This document shows, piece after piece, positions 56,238 to 64,000 of a DNA stretch of 64,000 nt. Location: the IMG/VR virus record IMGVR_UViG_3300022902_000007. One strand, 5' to 3'. Source of the stretch: a virus. Position numbers and translations under genes: made by a program. The notes beneath the pieces are model-generated. The model did not search any database. It had not been told where the DNA came from and was given only the letters and a program-made list of their open reading frames with translations. How positions within the stretch are numbered: position 1 is the stretch's first letter; every line of letters starts with the position of its first letter.

Positions 56238-56462
56238 ATGGCCTGGACAATGACAGAAGCTCGGTACGACCGAATCAACAATAGACTCACTCGGATAGAA
56301 GAAGTACTGAACGACATCATCGTGGGGATGGAAAGCTACGTGACTACTTCTCAAGTTCAGAGCCTGCTGGCCATACTGACAGCCCAGATTGGTGAGATCA
56401 GTAGCACGGTAGACACACTGGAAGATCGCGTAGAAGATATTGAAGCTGAGCCGGTAAGCTAA
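56238..56462 (+). CDS. small coiled-coil protein
   Basis: RBS AGGAG; heptad pattern; last gene of the + arm. Confidence 0.6.
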   Translation: MAWTMTEARYDRINNRLTRIEEVLNDIIVGMESYVTTSQVQSLLAILTAQIGEISSTVDTLEDRVEDIEAEPVS

Positions 56463-56986
56463 GTTCTTAGTTCTTTTCGGCTTTGAGAGTTGAGCCAGGG
56501 GAACGGAACTCCTGGAATATTTTTCCCTGTGAAGCTACAAAGTTGTCTCCACAACAATTCGTCTTCAGTTTCTGTCACACTTGCGATTAGTATTTGTTGT
56601 GCGGGGACCAGTGCCTTACAAGCATTCTTGTGGGAGTAGTACTTCTCAGTAAAAACTGCTTTGTCGAAGTTGGTGATGCCGAAGATAGCTCGACGCCAAT
56701 GGGGGCATCCCCTTCTGTTGTCCCACCAGTATTCGCATGATTTGAGCCACTCTTCAAGAGGCCTTTCTGTGTAAATGAACTTCCCATTTGGATAGGTCTT
56801 TAGAAGCTTGGCGTAGATCGCTGAACAGAACGCACCGCTGATAAAGTCTACTTTGTTGGCTTGGTTGATAGTGTGCCCCGGTGTTGAAGCTCTTTTGTCA
56901 TGAGAAACAGTGTACCCAAGTATCTTCATTGCCCTGGATACAGAGCTTGTGCAGGTCTTTGGTAGGCCTATTCCAAATATTTTCAC
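56459..56986 (-). CDS. sulfotransferase-family protein (Sulfotransfer_4-like)
   Basis: KIFGIGLPKTCTSS (5'-PSB loop), YPNGKFIYTERPLEEWLKS and W.QLCSF.G...P.VPFPWLN. Confidence 0.75.
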   Translation of the reverse strand: MKIFGIGLPKTCTSSVSRAMKILGYTVSHDKRASTPGHTINQANKVDFISGAFCSAIYAKLLKTYPNGKFIYTERPLEEWLKSCEYWWDNRRGCPHWRRAIFGITNFDKAVFTEKYYSHKNACKALVPAQQILIASVTETEDELLWRQLCSFTGKNIPGVPFPWLNSQSRKELRT

Positions 56987-58311
56987 TTCTTCCTACCGAG
57001 AAAAGTTATCACGGCGAAGCCTTTGCCCACTCTGTGATTGTCAACTGCTGTATCCAGGTGATACTCGACAGACAGGTCATACCTGCTCTTCCACCCTTTG
57101 ATATATTTTTGTTCTATCTCTGTTCTCGCTGCGTCATGGAGTATGATCGTTGTTCCTCGCTTGAGGACAGAATCCATGTCGTATAGTACTTGTTCTCTCC
57201 CCTTCCTGGTTCCATCAATGAATATCAGGTCTGCCCAGCGTGGTAGTTTCGCGTCGTCTATTCTATAGATTCCATTGTGGGTTTCGCACTGTTGATACTC
57301 TATTTCCAGGTTCTGTCTTTTTATTTCTGTGCTGACTGTTTCGTACCAGTGATCTGAGTCTTCAATCGAGAATATCCGCAAATTTTCATAGTGGTCTTTT
57401 TTGATATGACCAAGCATCAGAGTAGTCGCTCCGGAGCCGATCTCGACGACACTTGCTGGACGACTCAGAAGCACAAATCTTTTTAATTGTCTCATCTCCA
57501 GTTTAGTTGGGCTCCATTTCGTCCATGCATTTCTTACATACCTGGGCAAGTGCACCAGGCTGTCTGACTCTTGGAAGAATTTTGGAGCTATATCATCTTC
57601 TTTCATTTTCGCAAGCATTATGTCTGGTTCTCGAATTGCTGCATAGTGAATGACGAAGGCATCCTCTCTGGCGCACCTCTTGTTACAGAAGTGCATCCAG
57701 TTCCAGTTACGAGCAAGGTCGTGGATCTTGAATTTGTTAGCCTGCAAGTTGTAATTCAACTGTGTCTGATCCTGGAATAGCTGAGACCAATACCTATCTG
57801 GATCTATTTGGAACATTTTGTGATGTTCTCGTGATGCAACCATGACTCCAGAGTTGAAGAAAAATCCTTTACCTCTTTCTTTGAGTTCCCAGCCTATGTC
57901 TCCTAAGTGGCTTTGGGCTCTCTTTGCATCTCGCCTGATGGCTCCAGAGTTGCCATTGTTGTTTGTATATTCATTATATACTCCGACACTATGTACTGGG
58001 ATTTCTTTGAAGATGTTTGGAGCCCAGCTGCGTATCAGGATGTCTATGTCGAAGTAGGCCACTCTCTCATACATTTGTAGGAGATCTTCTATCTGTGCTT
58101 TTTCGAAGTGGGGAGTACCACCTTTGATGTTTTTGATGACCTTATCAATGACCACGAAGTCTGCATTGATTTTTTTGGCATAGACTGCCATATGTTTTTT
58201 GGCTACTTCAGCCACCTCTTGATACTTGTCTCCAATGGAGAGTGTCACGATAGCATTGTCTTCCGTAGGATACAGATCTTCTATGCATGTTGTTTCATTG
58301 TTCAAGATCAT
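56983..58311 (-). CDS. GT8-like glycosyltransferase fused to class I SAM methyltransferase
   Basis: YFDIDILI (DxD), FNSGVMV, DQTQLN, WN..IHYA; C-terminal VVEIGSGATT..SIED..DLIFIDG..ILHDA. Confidence 0.8.
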   Translation of the reverse strand: MILNNETTCIEDLYPTEDNAIVTLSIGDKYQEVAEVAKKHMAVYAKKINADFVVIDKVIKNIKGGTPHFEKAQIEDLLQMYERVAYFDIDILIRSWAPNIFKEIPVHSVGVYNEYTNNNGNSGAIRRDAKRAQSHLGDIGWELKERGKGFFFNSGVMVASREHHKMFQIDPDRYWSQLFQDQTQLNYNLQANKFKIHDLARNWNWMHFCNKRCAREDAFVIHYAAIREPDIMLAKMKEDDIAPKFFQESDSLVHLPRYVRNAWTKWSPTKLEMRQLKRFVLLSRPASVVEIGSGATTLMLGHIKKDHYENLRIFSIEDSDHWYETVSTEIKRQNLEIEYQQCETHNGIYRIDDAKLPRWADLIFIDGTRKGREQVLYDMDSVLKRGTTIILHDAARTEIEQKYIKGWKSRYDLSVEYHLDTAVDNHRVGKGFAVITFLGRKK

Positions 58312-58898
58312 TTGAGCTTCCTATGCTTTTGTGTAGCGATGATTCTTGTTGAGGGAGCTGAAGTACTTATGGCGAGATGGTAGCTTCTGTTGCTATTTTT
58401 GATACTTCTGATGGGAACTGGCGGCGTTATCAAGCCTCGCGCCCACGCCCATGTGTCAGTCAATTGTCCAGGGTCTCCCTGATTCGTTGCGAGTCTCATG
58501 AATTCCTGAGCTCCTGCCTGGCTTACCAGTAGTGCATAGTCCCACCTCCCAAGTCTGCACATCAGATAATCTGATTTTATGTGCTTTTTTATCTTGGCTA
58601 CTTTTGGCATAAAGTTTCTTTCTATTCTTACATCGTCCTGAAAGATTATGGTTTCTTTGATCTTGGTGTCTATCATGAATTGATAGAATGTCAAGTAAGA
58701 AGCCCAGAGCCCGGCAGCTCCACCAGACGTGCAGTGCATCCCATATCGAGATAGTACGTTGTCAGCTTTATTTTTCAAAGCACCGTCAATACCAAGCCAG
58801 ATTTGTAGACTTGGCAATCGTCTCATCATATGGTGTTTGATGTGACGCAATCTGTTCTTATCTCTTTCTAAGTGAAGGACATAGAGAGGAGCGTTCAT
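58308..58898 (-). CDS. GT25-like glycosyltransferase (divergent)
   Basis: YVLHLERDKNR, GIDG, GAAGLWASY and IIFQDD match the GT25 pattern, with substitutions. Confidence 0.6.
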   Translation of the reverse strand: MNAPLYVLHLERDKNRLRHIKHHMMRRLPSLQIWLGIDGALKNKADNVLSRYGMHCTSGGAAGLWASYLTFYQFMIDTKIKETIIFQDDVRIERNFMPKVAKIKKHIKSDYLMCRLGRWDYALLVSQAGAQEFMRLATNQGDPGQLTDTWAWARGLITPPVPIRSIKNSNRSYHLAISTSAPSTRIIATQKHRKLK

Positions 58899-59584
58899 TT
58901 TGATTCCTTGAACAATTTGTCGATTCTTTTCCAGTATGGAGTTTTTCTATTATCGAAACGATTTGTACGAGTGGCCTTGAATCTTTTTGTGACGTAGTTC
59001 ACTTGTTTTGATTGGTATCCCATTTCTCTAAGTGTTTTAGGGATCGCGTCTTCATTCTTCGTGATTGAGTGAAACGTAACTTTTGGTAGTCTGTCATAAC
59101 AGGTAGCAGCCTCTCGCAGGCTATTGATAAAAGCTGTCAGTAGCTTGTCATCAATCCCATTGCTCTTCTCTGCTTCTTTTATCAAATCTTCATCTACAGC
59201 TCTTAGTGGGTACCACCATTCTCTCATTGTCATTGCGTAGGTGACATCTTGAATCATTCTGTCTATTCTCAGTATGTTGAATGCTTCAGGATGACGTTCT
59301 CTCAGAGCTTTTATTACGAATGGTTGTACTACGTCCTTCACGATGTAGTTGTTTCTAAACTCCATTATGTATTCTATTTGACTGTCTATTAACTTCGGAT
59401 CCTGACTATAGAATGGTCCAGTTGTTTCTAACGTCATTCCACTGGGGCTCTTTGGCTGGTAGTTCAAAATCTCTCCAGCATTGGCACCGCATGGGGTGAG
59501 TACGTTTTCCAGTGATTCGCAAGCGATCTTATAGCTTTTACTCGTAAGGCTTCGCGGCAGGCCGACGATCAGAAGGCTTTTCAT
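58895..59584 (-). CDS. sulfotransferase-like protein
   Basis: LLIVGLPRSLTS loop, IVKD and I.R...DV..A; likely start ATG 59584 after GAGGA. Confidence 0.55.
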   Translation of the reverse strand: MKSLLIVGLPRSLTSKSYKIACESLENVLTPCGANAGEILNYQPKSPSGMTLETTGPFYSQDPKLIDSQIEYIMEFRNNYIVKDVVQPFVIKALRERHPEAFNILRIDRMIQDVTYAMTMREWWYPLRAVDEDLIKEAEKSNGIDDKLLTAFINSLREAATCYDRLPKVTFHSITKNEDAIPKTLREMGYQSKQVNYVTKRFKATRTNRFDNRKTPYWKRIDKLFKESK

Positions 59585-59594
59585 TCTTTTCCTC

Positions 59595-59627
59595 AAAAGG
59601 GTTGGCCCTCCGAAGAGGGCCTCTTTT
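59595..59627. terminator. GC-rich hairpin (C-UUCG-G tetraloop on - strand), possibly bidirectional terminator
   Basis: GGCCCTC-CGAA-GAGGGCC at 59604-59621, flanked by AAAAG and TCTTTT. Confidence 0.55.
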
Positions 59628-59799
59628 AGTCTATCACCGTGACTTCTCGTCCTTCTATCAGGATGGTTGGCTGCTTTTTGTTCAGCTCCAGGAGGAGTTC
59701 GGTATTTTGTTTGGTAAGTTCTTCGTTTCGTTCTTGAAGTCTCTCGTTTTCGCGCTGAAGACGACAGACTTTTTCTTCAAGGGACCTCTCTTGGCACAT
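59626..59799 (-). CDS. 57-aa coiled-coil protein (absent from the ORF track)
   Basis: GGAG RBS; translates as MCQERSLEEKVCRLQRENERLQERNEELTKQNTELLLELNKKQPTILIEGREVTVID*. Confidence 0.7.
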   Translation of the reverse strand: MCQERSLEEKVCRLQRENERLQERNEELTKQNTELLLELNKKQPTILIEGREVTVID

Positions 59800-59826
59800 G
59801 ATTCACTCCAAAGCCCCTACTGTCTA

Positions 59827-60315
59827 CTAAAAGACAGGTGGGCGGAATGGGGTTAGCTCTATGTAGGGCTCCCAATCTTCGGAGCCGGGTTCCAGGTTAT
59901 CGTCACTGGTAAGAGTGTAGATCCCTTCTTTTTCGATCTTCACTGCAACCAGTTTGTCTGTGTTGTTGATTACATCTCCGACCATGATCCCGAGAGGACG
60001 TTTACCATGCTGTTCCCAGTGTGGAACTGGGGTCTTTGCATCGAAATCTATGACGCGGGTCTCACGGGTATTCATCATCTGTGGTTCTTTTGCAAACGAG
60101 ATGATTGCACTTGTCCAGTGTCTGTGGTGGCAAAGCCAGGTGTATACTGCTTTCTTGATATCACTGGCGTCCAGATCTTCTACCAGGGTCTTTCCGCCAG
60201 CAATGACATACTTGATGGGCTTCACTGTCTTGGTGCCCATGATCTTCTTGACCAGTGCCTTCTGATCGCTTCTTGGGGGCATTTGTTTTAGGGCTTCTGC
60301 TTTAGTTGGTGCCAT
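59827..60315 (-). CDS. hypothetical protein
   Basis: 162-aa ORF in the - strand operon. Confidence 0.6.
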   Translation of the reverse strand: MAPTKAEALKQMPPRSDQKALVKKIMGTKTVKPIKYVIAGGKTLVEDLDASDIKKAVYTWLCHHRHWTSAIISFAKEPQMMNTRETRVIDFDAKTPVPHWEQHGKRPLGIMVGDVINNTDKLVAVKIEKEGIYTLTSDDNLEPGSEDWEPYIELTPFRPPVF

Positions 60316-60911
60316 AGTTCTTGTAAATCCTCATAGATTGTCCTGCCTGTCAGATGACTTATTTTGGCAATCTCTTGCCGCTCATAGCCTAAAAGCTTCA
60401 TGATAGCCATGTGCCAGATCCACGGACTGTTTTGCTTGATGTTATTCAATAACATGAAGTCTGTTTCAAGGGCTGGTCCTTCATGTATATCAATAACTGG
60501 TCTTGGTGTTCTACTCTTTCGATACGTCTTTCTTATTTGTCTGACTACGCAGCCGTTGAACTCTTGAAGTATCGCCACCATGTATCCCCAGTGATACTCA
60601 CCAGGTCTGGGAGGTCCTATGCGAGCGAGGGTTCTCCAAAGCCAATACTCCATGTCTTCGTATGGGCTTCCTGCTTCCCTCCACGCGTTTAGCATGGAGA
60701 CAGCTTTTGTTACACTTCCTCTTGAAGCTATTCCTCCCAAGTACATAACTGGATCAGACAGATATTTTCCTGATGATATTTCTTTTGCTATTAGTTTCAG
60801 TAGTGGACTGAATATCCAGAAGATCTCTTCCAGTGTTGAGTCTGTTGAGATCCTCTTCCAGTCTATCAGCTTCGTGCTATTTGTTATCTTGGGCTCTCTG
60901 AGTATCAACAT
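60288..60911 (-). CDS. protein with C-terminal helix-turn-helix (sigma region 4/LuxR-like)
   Basis: LLGYERQEIAKISHLTGRTIYEDL HTH pattern. The start is uncertain because the track's 61226 start overlaps the resolvase. Confidence 0.45.
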   Translation of the reverse strand: MLILREPKITNSTKLIDWKRISTDSTLEEIFWIFSPLLKLIAKEISSGKYLSDPVMYLGGIASRGSVTKAVSMLNAWREAGSPYEDMEYWLWRTLARIGPPRPGEYHWGYMVAILQEFNGCVVRQIRKTYRKSRTPRPVIDIHEGPALETDFMLLNNIKQNSPWIWHMAIMKLLGYERQEIAKISHLTGRTIYEDLQELWHQLKQKP

Positions 60912-61269
60912 GGTCCATGTATACTTTGGCAATGGTGAGGAAGTCGTCAAGGAGCATGGTAACATATATAGGCTTGTAGTCGTCTTTGGTGATGGCCACG
61001 GGGACCTTGTTGGACAGACCTTCTTCAATGTCAGAAACGGCTTGACGCATGGCTGCCTTGATGTCTGAGCGTTTATGTCTTTTGAGCTCGAAGTGGAATA
61101 GGTCTTCTGAGTCCTGTCCAATTTCAACATCCGCGACTTCTGCACCGCCTCCTCTAGTTTGCCCCAGGCCACGCTTGAAAGGTCTGTCGAGCCTTTCAGA
61201 AAATAGCTTGGCGATTTCGCGTTCAAAGTTTGCTCCTTTCTGTCTCGCCCCTTTTCCTCTACTTGCCAT
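60877..61269 (-). CDS. Holliday junction resolvase (Hjc-like PD-(D/E)XK)
   Basis: ARQKGANFEREIA...ADV...FELKR signature. Confidence 0.8.
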   Translation of the reverse strand: MASRGKGARQKGANFEREIAKLFSERLDRPFKRGLGQTRGGGAEVADVEIGQDSEDLFHFELKRHKRSDIKAAMRQAVSDIEEGLSNKVPVAITKDDYKPIYVTMLLDDFLTIAKVYMDHVDTQRAQDNK

Positions 61270-61945
61270 GTTTTTCTATCCTTACTGGCTTGGTGATGTC
61301 ATCGAGGAGACCCAGCTCTTTGGCTTCTCCTGCGAAGAAGTATTTCATGGTTACGTCTTCGAAATGTTTACGCCACTTGCGCTGGTTCAGTCCGAAGCCT
61401 TCACGGAAGCACTCCATGTATCTGGCCATGGACTCTGTATATGCTTTGTGTGTAGCTTCGTTCTGTTCCTTGGATCCTACCTGTGGATGATACCACTGGA
61501 CTGGATGATAAAAGAACATGGAGTTGGGGAAGGAGAGCTTCACATCAGCGGCGGCGAGAACAAGGAGTCCGCCGGAGGCGCATTGACCAGTAACAGTCAC
61601 TACGATTGGAGTCGGTAGCATCACCATGGTATCGTACATCGCCAGGGCATCATGGAGTGACCCACCAGGAGTATTCAGGTGTACGTGTATCTGTTCCATC
61701 GGTGCCTGAGATACGAGTTCTAATAGCTGAGAGATGTACACCAGCGATGATCGTTCATTGATGGGGCCATTCATGGCAATGGTCCGTGAACCCTGACCAT
61801 AGAATCGAAGATCATTGGGCCCCCAGTATCCAGAGAGATCAGACAGAGGCTCTTCCTCTTCTTCTCCCTCTTCTTCATTCTCTGTGTTTTCGAGTTCTTC
61901 TGGAGCTGCTTCATCCGAAGAGAAGATTTTTGAGAAGCGATGCAT
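61259..61945 (-). CDS. clpP: ClpP-like serine protease
   Basis: LNTPGGS...MYDTM, GQCASGG (Ser), NSMFFYHP (His), EAKELGLLD. Confidence 0.8.
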   Translation of the reverse strand: MHRFSKIFSSDEAAPEELENTENEEEGEEEEEPLSDLSGYWGPNDLRFYGQGSRTIAMNGPINERSSLVYISQLLELVSQAPMEQIHVHLNTPGGSLHDALAMYDTMVMLPTPIVVTVTGQCASGGLLVLAAADVKLSFPNSMFFYHPVQWYHPQVGSKEQNEATHKAYTESMARYMECFREGFGLNQRKWRKHFEDVTMKYFFAGEAKELGLLDDITKPVRIEKHGK

Positions 61946-62324
61946 CTATCTTTCCTTTCATTGTATATGGGATTATATGGAAGTCGTATCCAGCCTTTTC
62001 CAAGGTCATTTGTTTCAAACTATCTCTATATTGGATCTCCCTAAAGTCTCGCATTGCATCTGAGTACGATTTGTTTCCAAAGTTGACCATATCATAGTGT
62101 TGCTTCCCATGCAGTTCGAGCACGGCCTGGAGCTCATGTAGATACCAATCAACAAAAAGACTTCCAGAAGAAAAACCATCACAAAGATCGGCCAGCGGAA
62201 CCTCTTGATAGCATCCGAGATTCCTGAAAAATGGGTCATTTATGAATACCTTTCTGACTGCATTGTGAAAATTAGAAGCCGAGTCTATCAACTCGAACTG
62301 ATTTTTCCATTTAAGTTTTGGCAA
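61911..62324 (-). CDS. DUF559/Vsr-like endonuclease
   Basis: FVDWY...LELHGKQHY...RDSLK...G...IPY pattern. Confidence 0.65.
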   Translation of the reverse strand: MPKLKWKNQFELIDSASNFHNAVRKVFINDPFFRNLGCYQEVPLADLCDGFSSGSLFVDWYLHELQAVLELHGKQHYDMVNFGNKSYSDAMRDFREIQYRDSLKQMTLEKAGYDFHIIPYTMKGKIDASLLKNLLFG

Positions 62325-62652
62325 TCTTCATCTCCCTGTCTGAGCAGATGGCGAGAAGCAGTCCTTTTGAAAAGAGGAATTTATATAAGTCTTCATATTC
62401 TGCTTCTGACTTGACCTCTTTGAATTGGCCAGTAGATGAGTCCCATTCTTCTATGTAGATGTGTCCACCAGGGACATAATGTTTGAATGCCATGTATTCT
62501 TTGAGACCGCGAGCCACTGTGGCAAGATGAAGCCAAGGGCCACCTTTGAATACTTTTGAATCGAGTACCTGACGGACGTCATTTAGCACGATGAATTTAG
62601 TTCCGAATGCTTTGGCCATTTTGTCTACTCCTTGGCTGACAGGATGTTGCAT
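62311..62652 (-). CDS. hypothetical protein
   Basis: ORF within the - strand operon; the start may be the internal ATG of MAKAFG. Confidence 0.55.
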   Translation of the reverse strand: MQHPVSQGVDKMAKAFGTKFIVLNDVRQVLDSKVFKGGPWLHLATVARGLKEYMAFKHYVPGGHIYIEEWDSSTGQFKEVKSEAEYEDLYKFLFSKGLLLAICSDREMKIAKT

Positions 62653-63365
62653 CTGTTGAATAGTTTACATGATCTGTCTGGACAGGGTAGAGTCGGCATC
62701 GAGTAGCCATTTTGTAGAAGTGTAGCCGCTGCTGCGATCTGTCTTTCGAAATTTTTGTTTAGGCGGGTAGTATCATATGTCTGATAGGTAAGGTTGTGTT
62801 TTTCCGTCATTCCAAAGATGTGAGCCCTTGCCTTTGTGTTCCATCCACCCCAATGAAGTCTGACTACCGGGTCCAATTCCTTTAGTTTTAGATAAGTGCA
62901 TGGATCATTTAACAGGTAGTGTGGATCGGCATATGGTGAGAACAGCAGTACGTGAAGAGTTTTGTTGTCTCTGGTTTTTAGAACGCCGGAGAATTCCAGC
63001 TCAACAGTTGCTCGGCCTGCCTTGACACGATGTCTAAAAGGCCCGATGATGGGGTAGTACCTATGCATCGGCAGATATTGGAGGTATTCATCTATCCACA
63101 TGGTGCAATGCCTATGAGCCTCTTCCAACTGTTGTTCGAGGAGGTGCTCTGACTTGTTCAGTACCGTGAGAGATCGCAAGAGACAGCTTTGCAGGGACCT
63201 CAGTGGGTCGTGCAGCTCGTTCCGAAGTGTCTTTACGATAATTGCTTCAACGGTTCTTTTTACGACTCTTAGATGGAATCTTGGTTCTCTTAGATTTCCT
63301 CTTTGATACTTTCGGGCGCATTGAAGGAAGGTTCTGAGTTCGTCTTCCTTTAGATGTTTTTTCAA
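62625..63365 (-). CDS. Cas4/AddB-like PD-(D/E)XK-fold protein, probably degenerate
   Basis: LRTFLQCARKY N-terminus and C-terminal CPDRSCKLFNRC give the 1+3 Cys layout; catalytic acidic residues not evident. Confidence 0.5.
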   Translation of the reverse strand: MKKHLKEDELRTFLQCARKYQRGNLREPRFHLRVVKRTVEAIIVKTLRNELHDPLRSLQSCLLRSLTVLNKSEHLLEQQLEEAHRHCTMWIDEYLQYLPMHRYYPIIGPFRHRVKAGRATVELEFSGVLKTRDNKTLHVLLFSPYADPHYLLNDPCTYLKLKELDPVVRLHWGGWNTKARAHIFGMTEKHNLTYQTYDTTRLNKNFERQIAAAATLLQNGYSMPTLPCPDRSCKLFNRCNILSAKE

Positions 63366-63756
63366 TTCTCTTCCCCCTTCTTCTTATTCTTTCTACGAGG
63401 TCTCTTGCCATGGAGATTCTGTTGGATCTGAACATTCTTCTTAGTTCGCCGATCCATTTGTTCTTGGGTATCGCACCGCCATGTACTCCCCGTCTTGATA
63501 TATGACAAGACTTACAGAGAGTTATCCCCTGAGAAGTGTCGTAGGCATGTTGCGGTCTATAGAACTTGGACAATACGTGATGGGCTTGTGGATTTTTCTT
63601 TGAGCCGCAAAGCTGACATCGGAATCCATCTCTTTCTCTAACGGCCATACTGAATGCTTGAAGAGCAGTTGGTGACAGCTTGGGCCTCAGTCTTGGTGGC
63701 TTCGGTTTCCAAGGTTTCCTCTTGCGTACATTCTTTGTATAGCCGCGCCTAATCAA
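63247..63756 (-). CDS. HNH endonuclease
   Basis: VRERDGFRCQLCG....AHH.......GITLCKSCH. Confidence 0.8.
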   Translation of the reverse strand: MIRRGYTKNVRKRKPWKPKPPRLRPKLSPTALQAFSMAVRERDGFRCQLCGSKKNPQAHHVLSKFYRPQHAYDTSQGITLCKSCHISRRGVHGGAIPKNKWIGELRRMFRSNRISMARDLVERIRRRGKRIEKTSKGRRTQNLPSMRPKVSKRKSKRTKIPSKSRKKNR

Positions 63757-64000
63757 AACTTTGTACTCACCGTGAGATCTATTGTCTTGTCAAGACTGGT
63801 TGAGAAGGATGCTCCTGTCCCTATCCACAGATCATCTATTATAGGCAGAGGTTTTCCAACATTGTAGGAGATCAGATCTATACCTGCATAGAGTTTCCCA
63901 TTACCAATAGTTAGCCGTGGAGACAGATTGTCCATTGTGGGCAGTGGATGTAACCAGGGGGCCGAGGCTCCAACCGAGGCATCGAGCGTAGGCAGTGAGA
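63753..64000 (-). CDS. 5'-truncated protein with beta-strand-rich C-terminus ending in Phe
   Basis: The frame of ORF 63753..63935 stays open to the window end. Confidence 0.55.
   Translation of the reverse strand, partial: SLPTLDASVGASAPWLHPLPTMDNLSPRLTIGNGKLYAGIDLISYNVGKPLPIIDDLWIGTGASFSTSLDKTIDLTVSTKF

Noticed and set aside
60912-61226. N-terminal ~105 aa of track ORF 60288..61226
   Set aside because: It overlaps the Holliday-junction resolvase in another frame and reads as non-protein-like; the real start is probably near 60911.
62625-63365. CRISPR-Cas locus suggested by the Cas4-like gene
   Set aside because: No repeat-spacer array or other cas genes are visible; solo Cas4/RecB-like genes are common in phages.
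1-64000. tRNA, rRNA or structured ncRNA genes
   Set aside because: Intergenic gaps are almost all under 130 bp and I saw no cloverleaf or TTCGAATC-type arrangement; not confirmed by tRNAscan or Infernal.

Overview
The window is a 64-kb piece of a large tailed-phage genome with a contractile tail (myovirus-like), read in the standard genetic code and densely coding. Positions 1 to about 52.6 kb on the + strand form a virion morphogenesis operon. It runs from a scaffold/protease C-terminus through a head decoration protein, the major capsid protein, neck proteins, tail sheath, three tail-tube paralogues (interrupted by a free-standing HNH endonuclease), tail chaperones and a tape-measure-like protein. 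Next come a 1729-aa protein carrying, in order, the motifs of a single-chain two-barrel (beta+beta') RNA polymerase with a non-canonical DHDAD catalytic loop, then a 2811-aa hub/M23 tail lysin, baseplate wedge genes and fibre genes. The + arm ends with a GT9-GT4 glycosyltransferase fusion, a HAD phosphatase, an orphan response-regulator receiver and a holin-like protein. It converges at about 56.46 kb with a - strand arm encoding two sulfotransferase-like proteins, a GT8-methyltransferase fusion, a GT25, an HTH protein, a Holliday-junction resolvase, a ClpP-like protease and several nucleases. I saw no tRNA, rRNA or CRISPR array. The most notable findings are the putative virion-packaged RNA polymerase in the tape-measure locus, the glycosylation/sulfation/methylation cluster beside the structural genes, and the receiver-domain gene coupled to a holin-like gene. 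All assignments come from motif recognition by eye; no database search was run.
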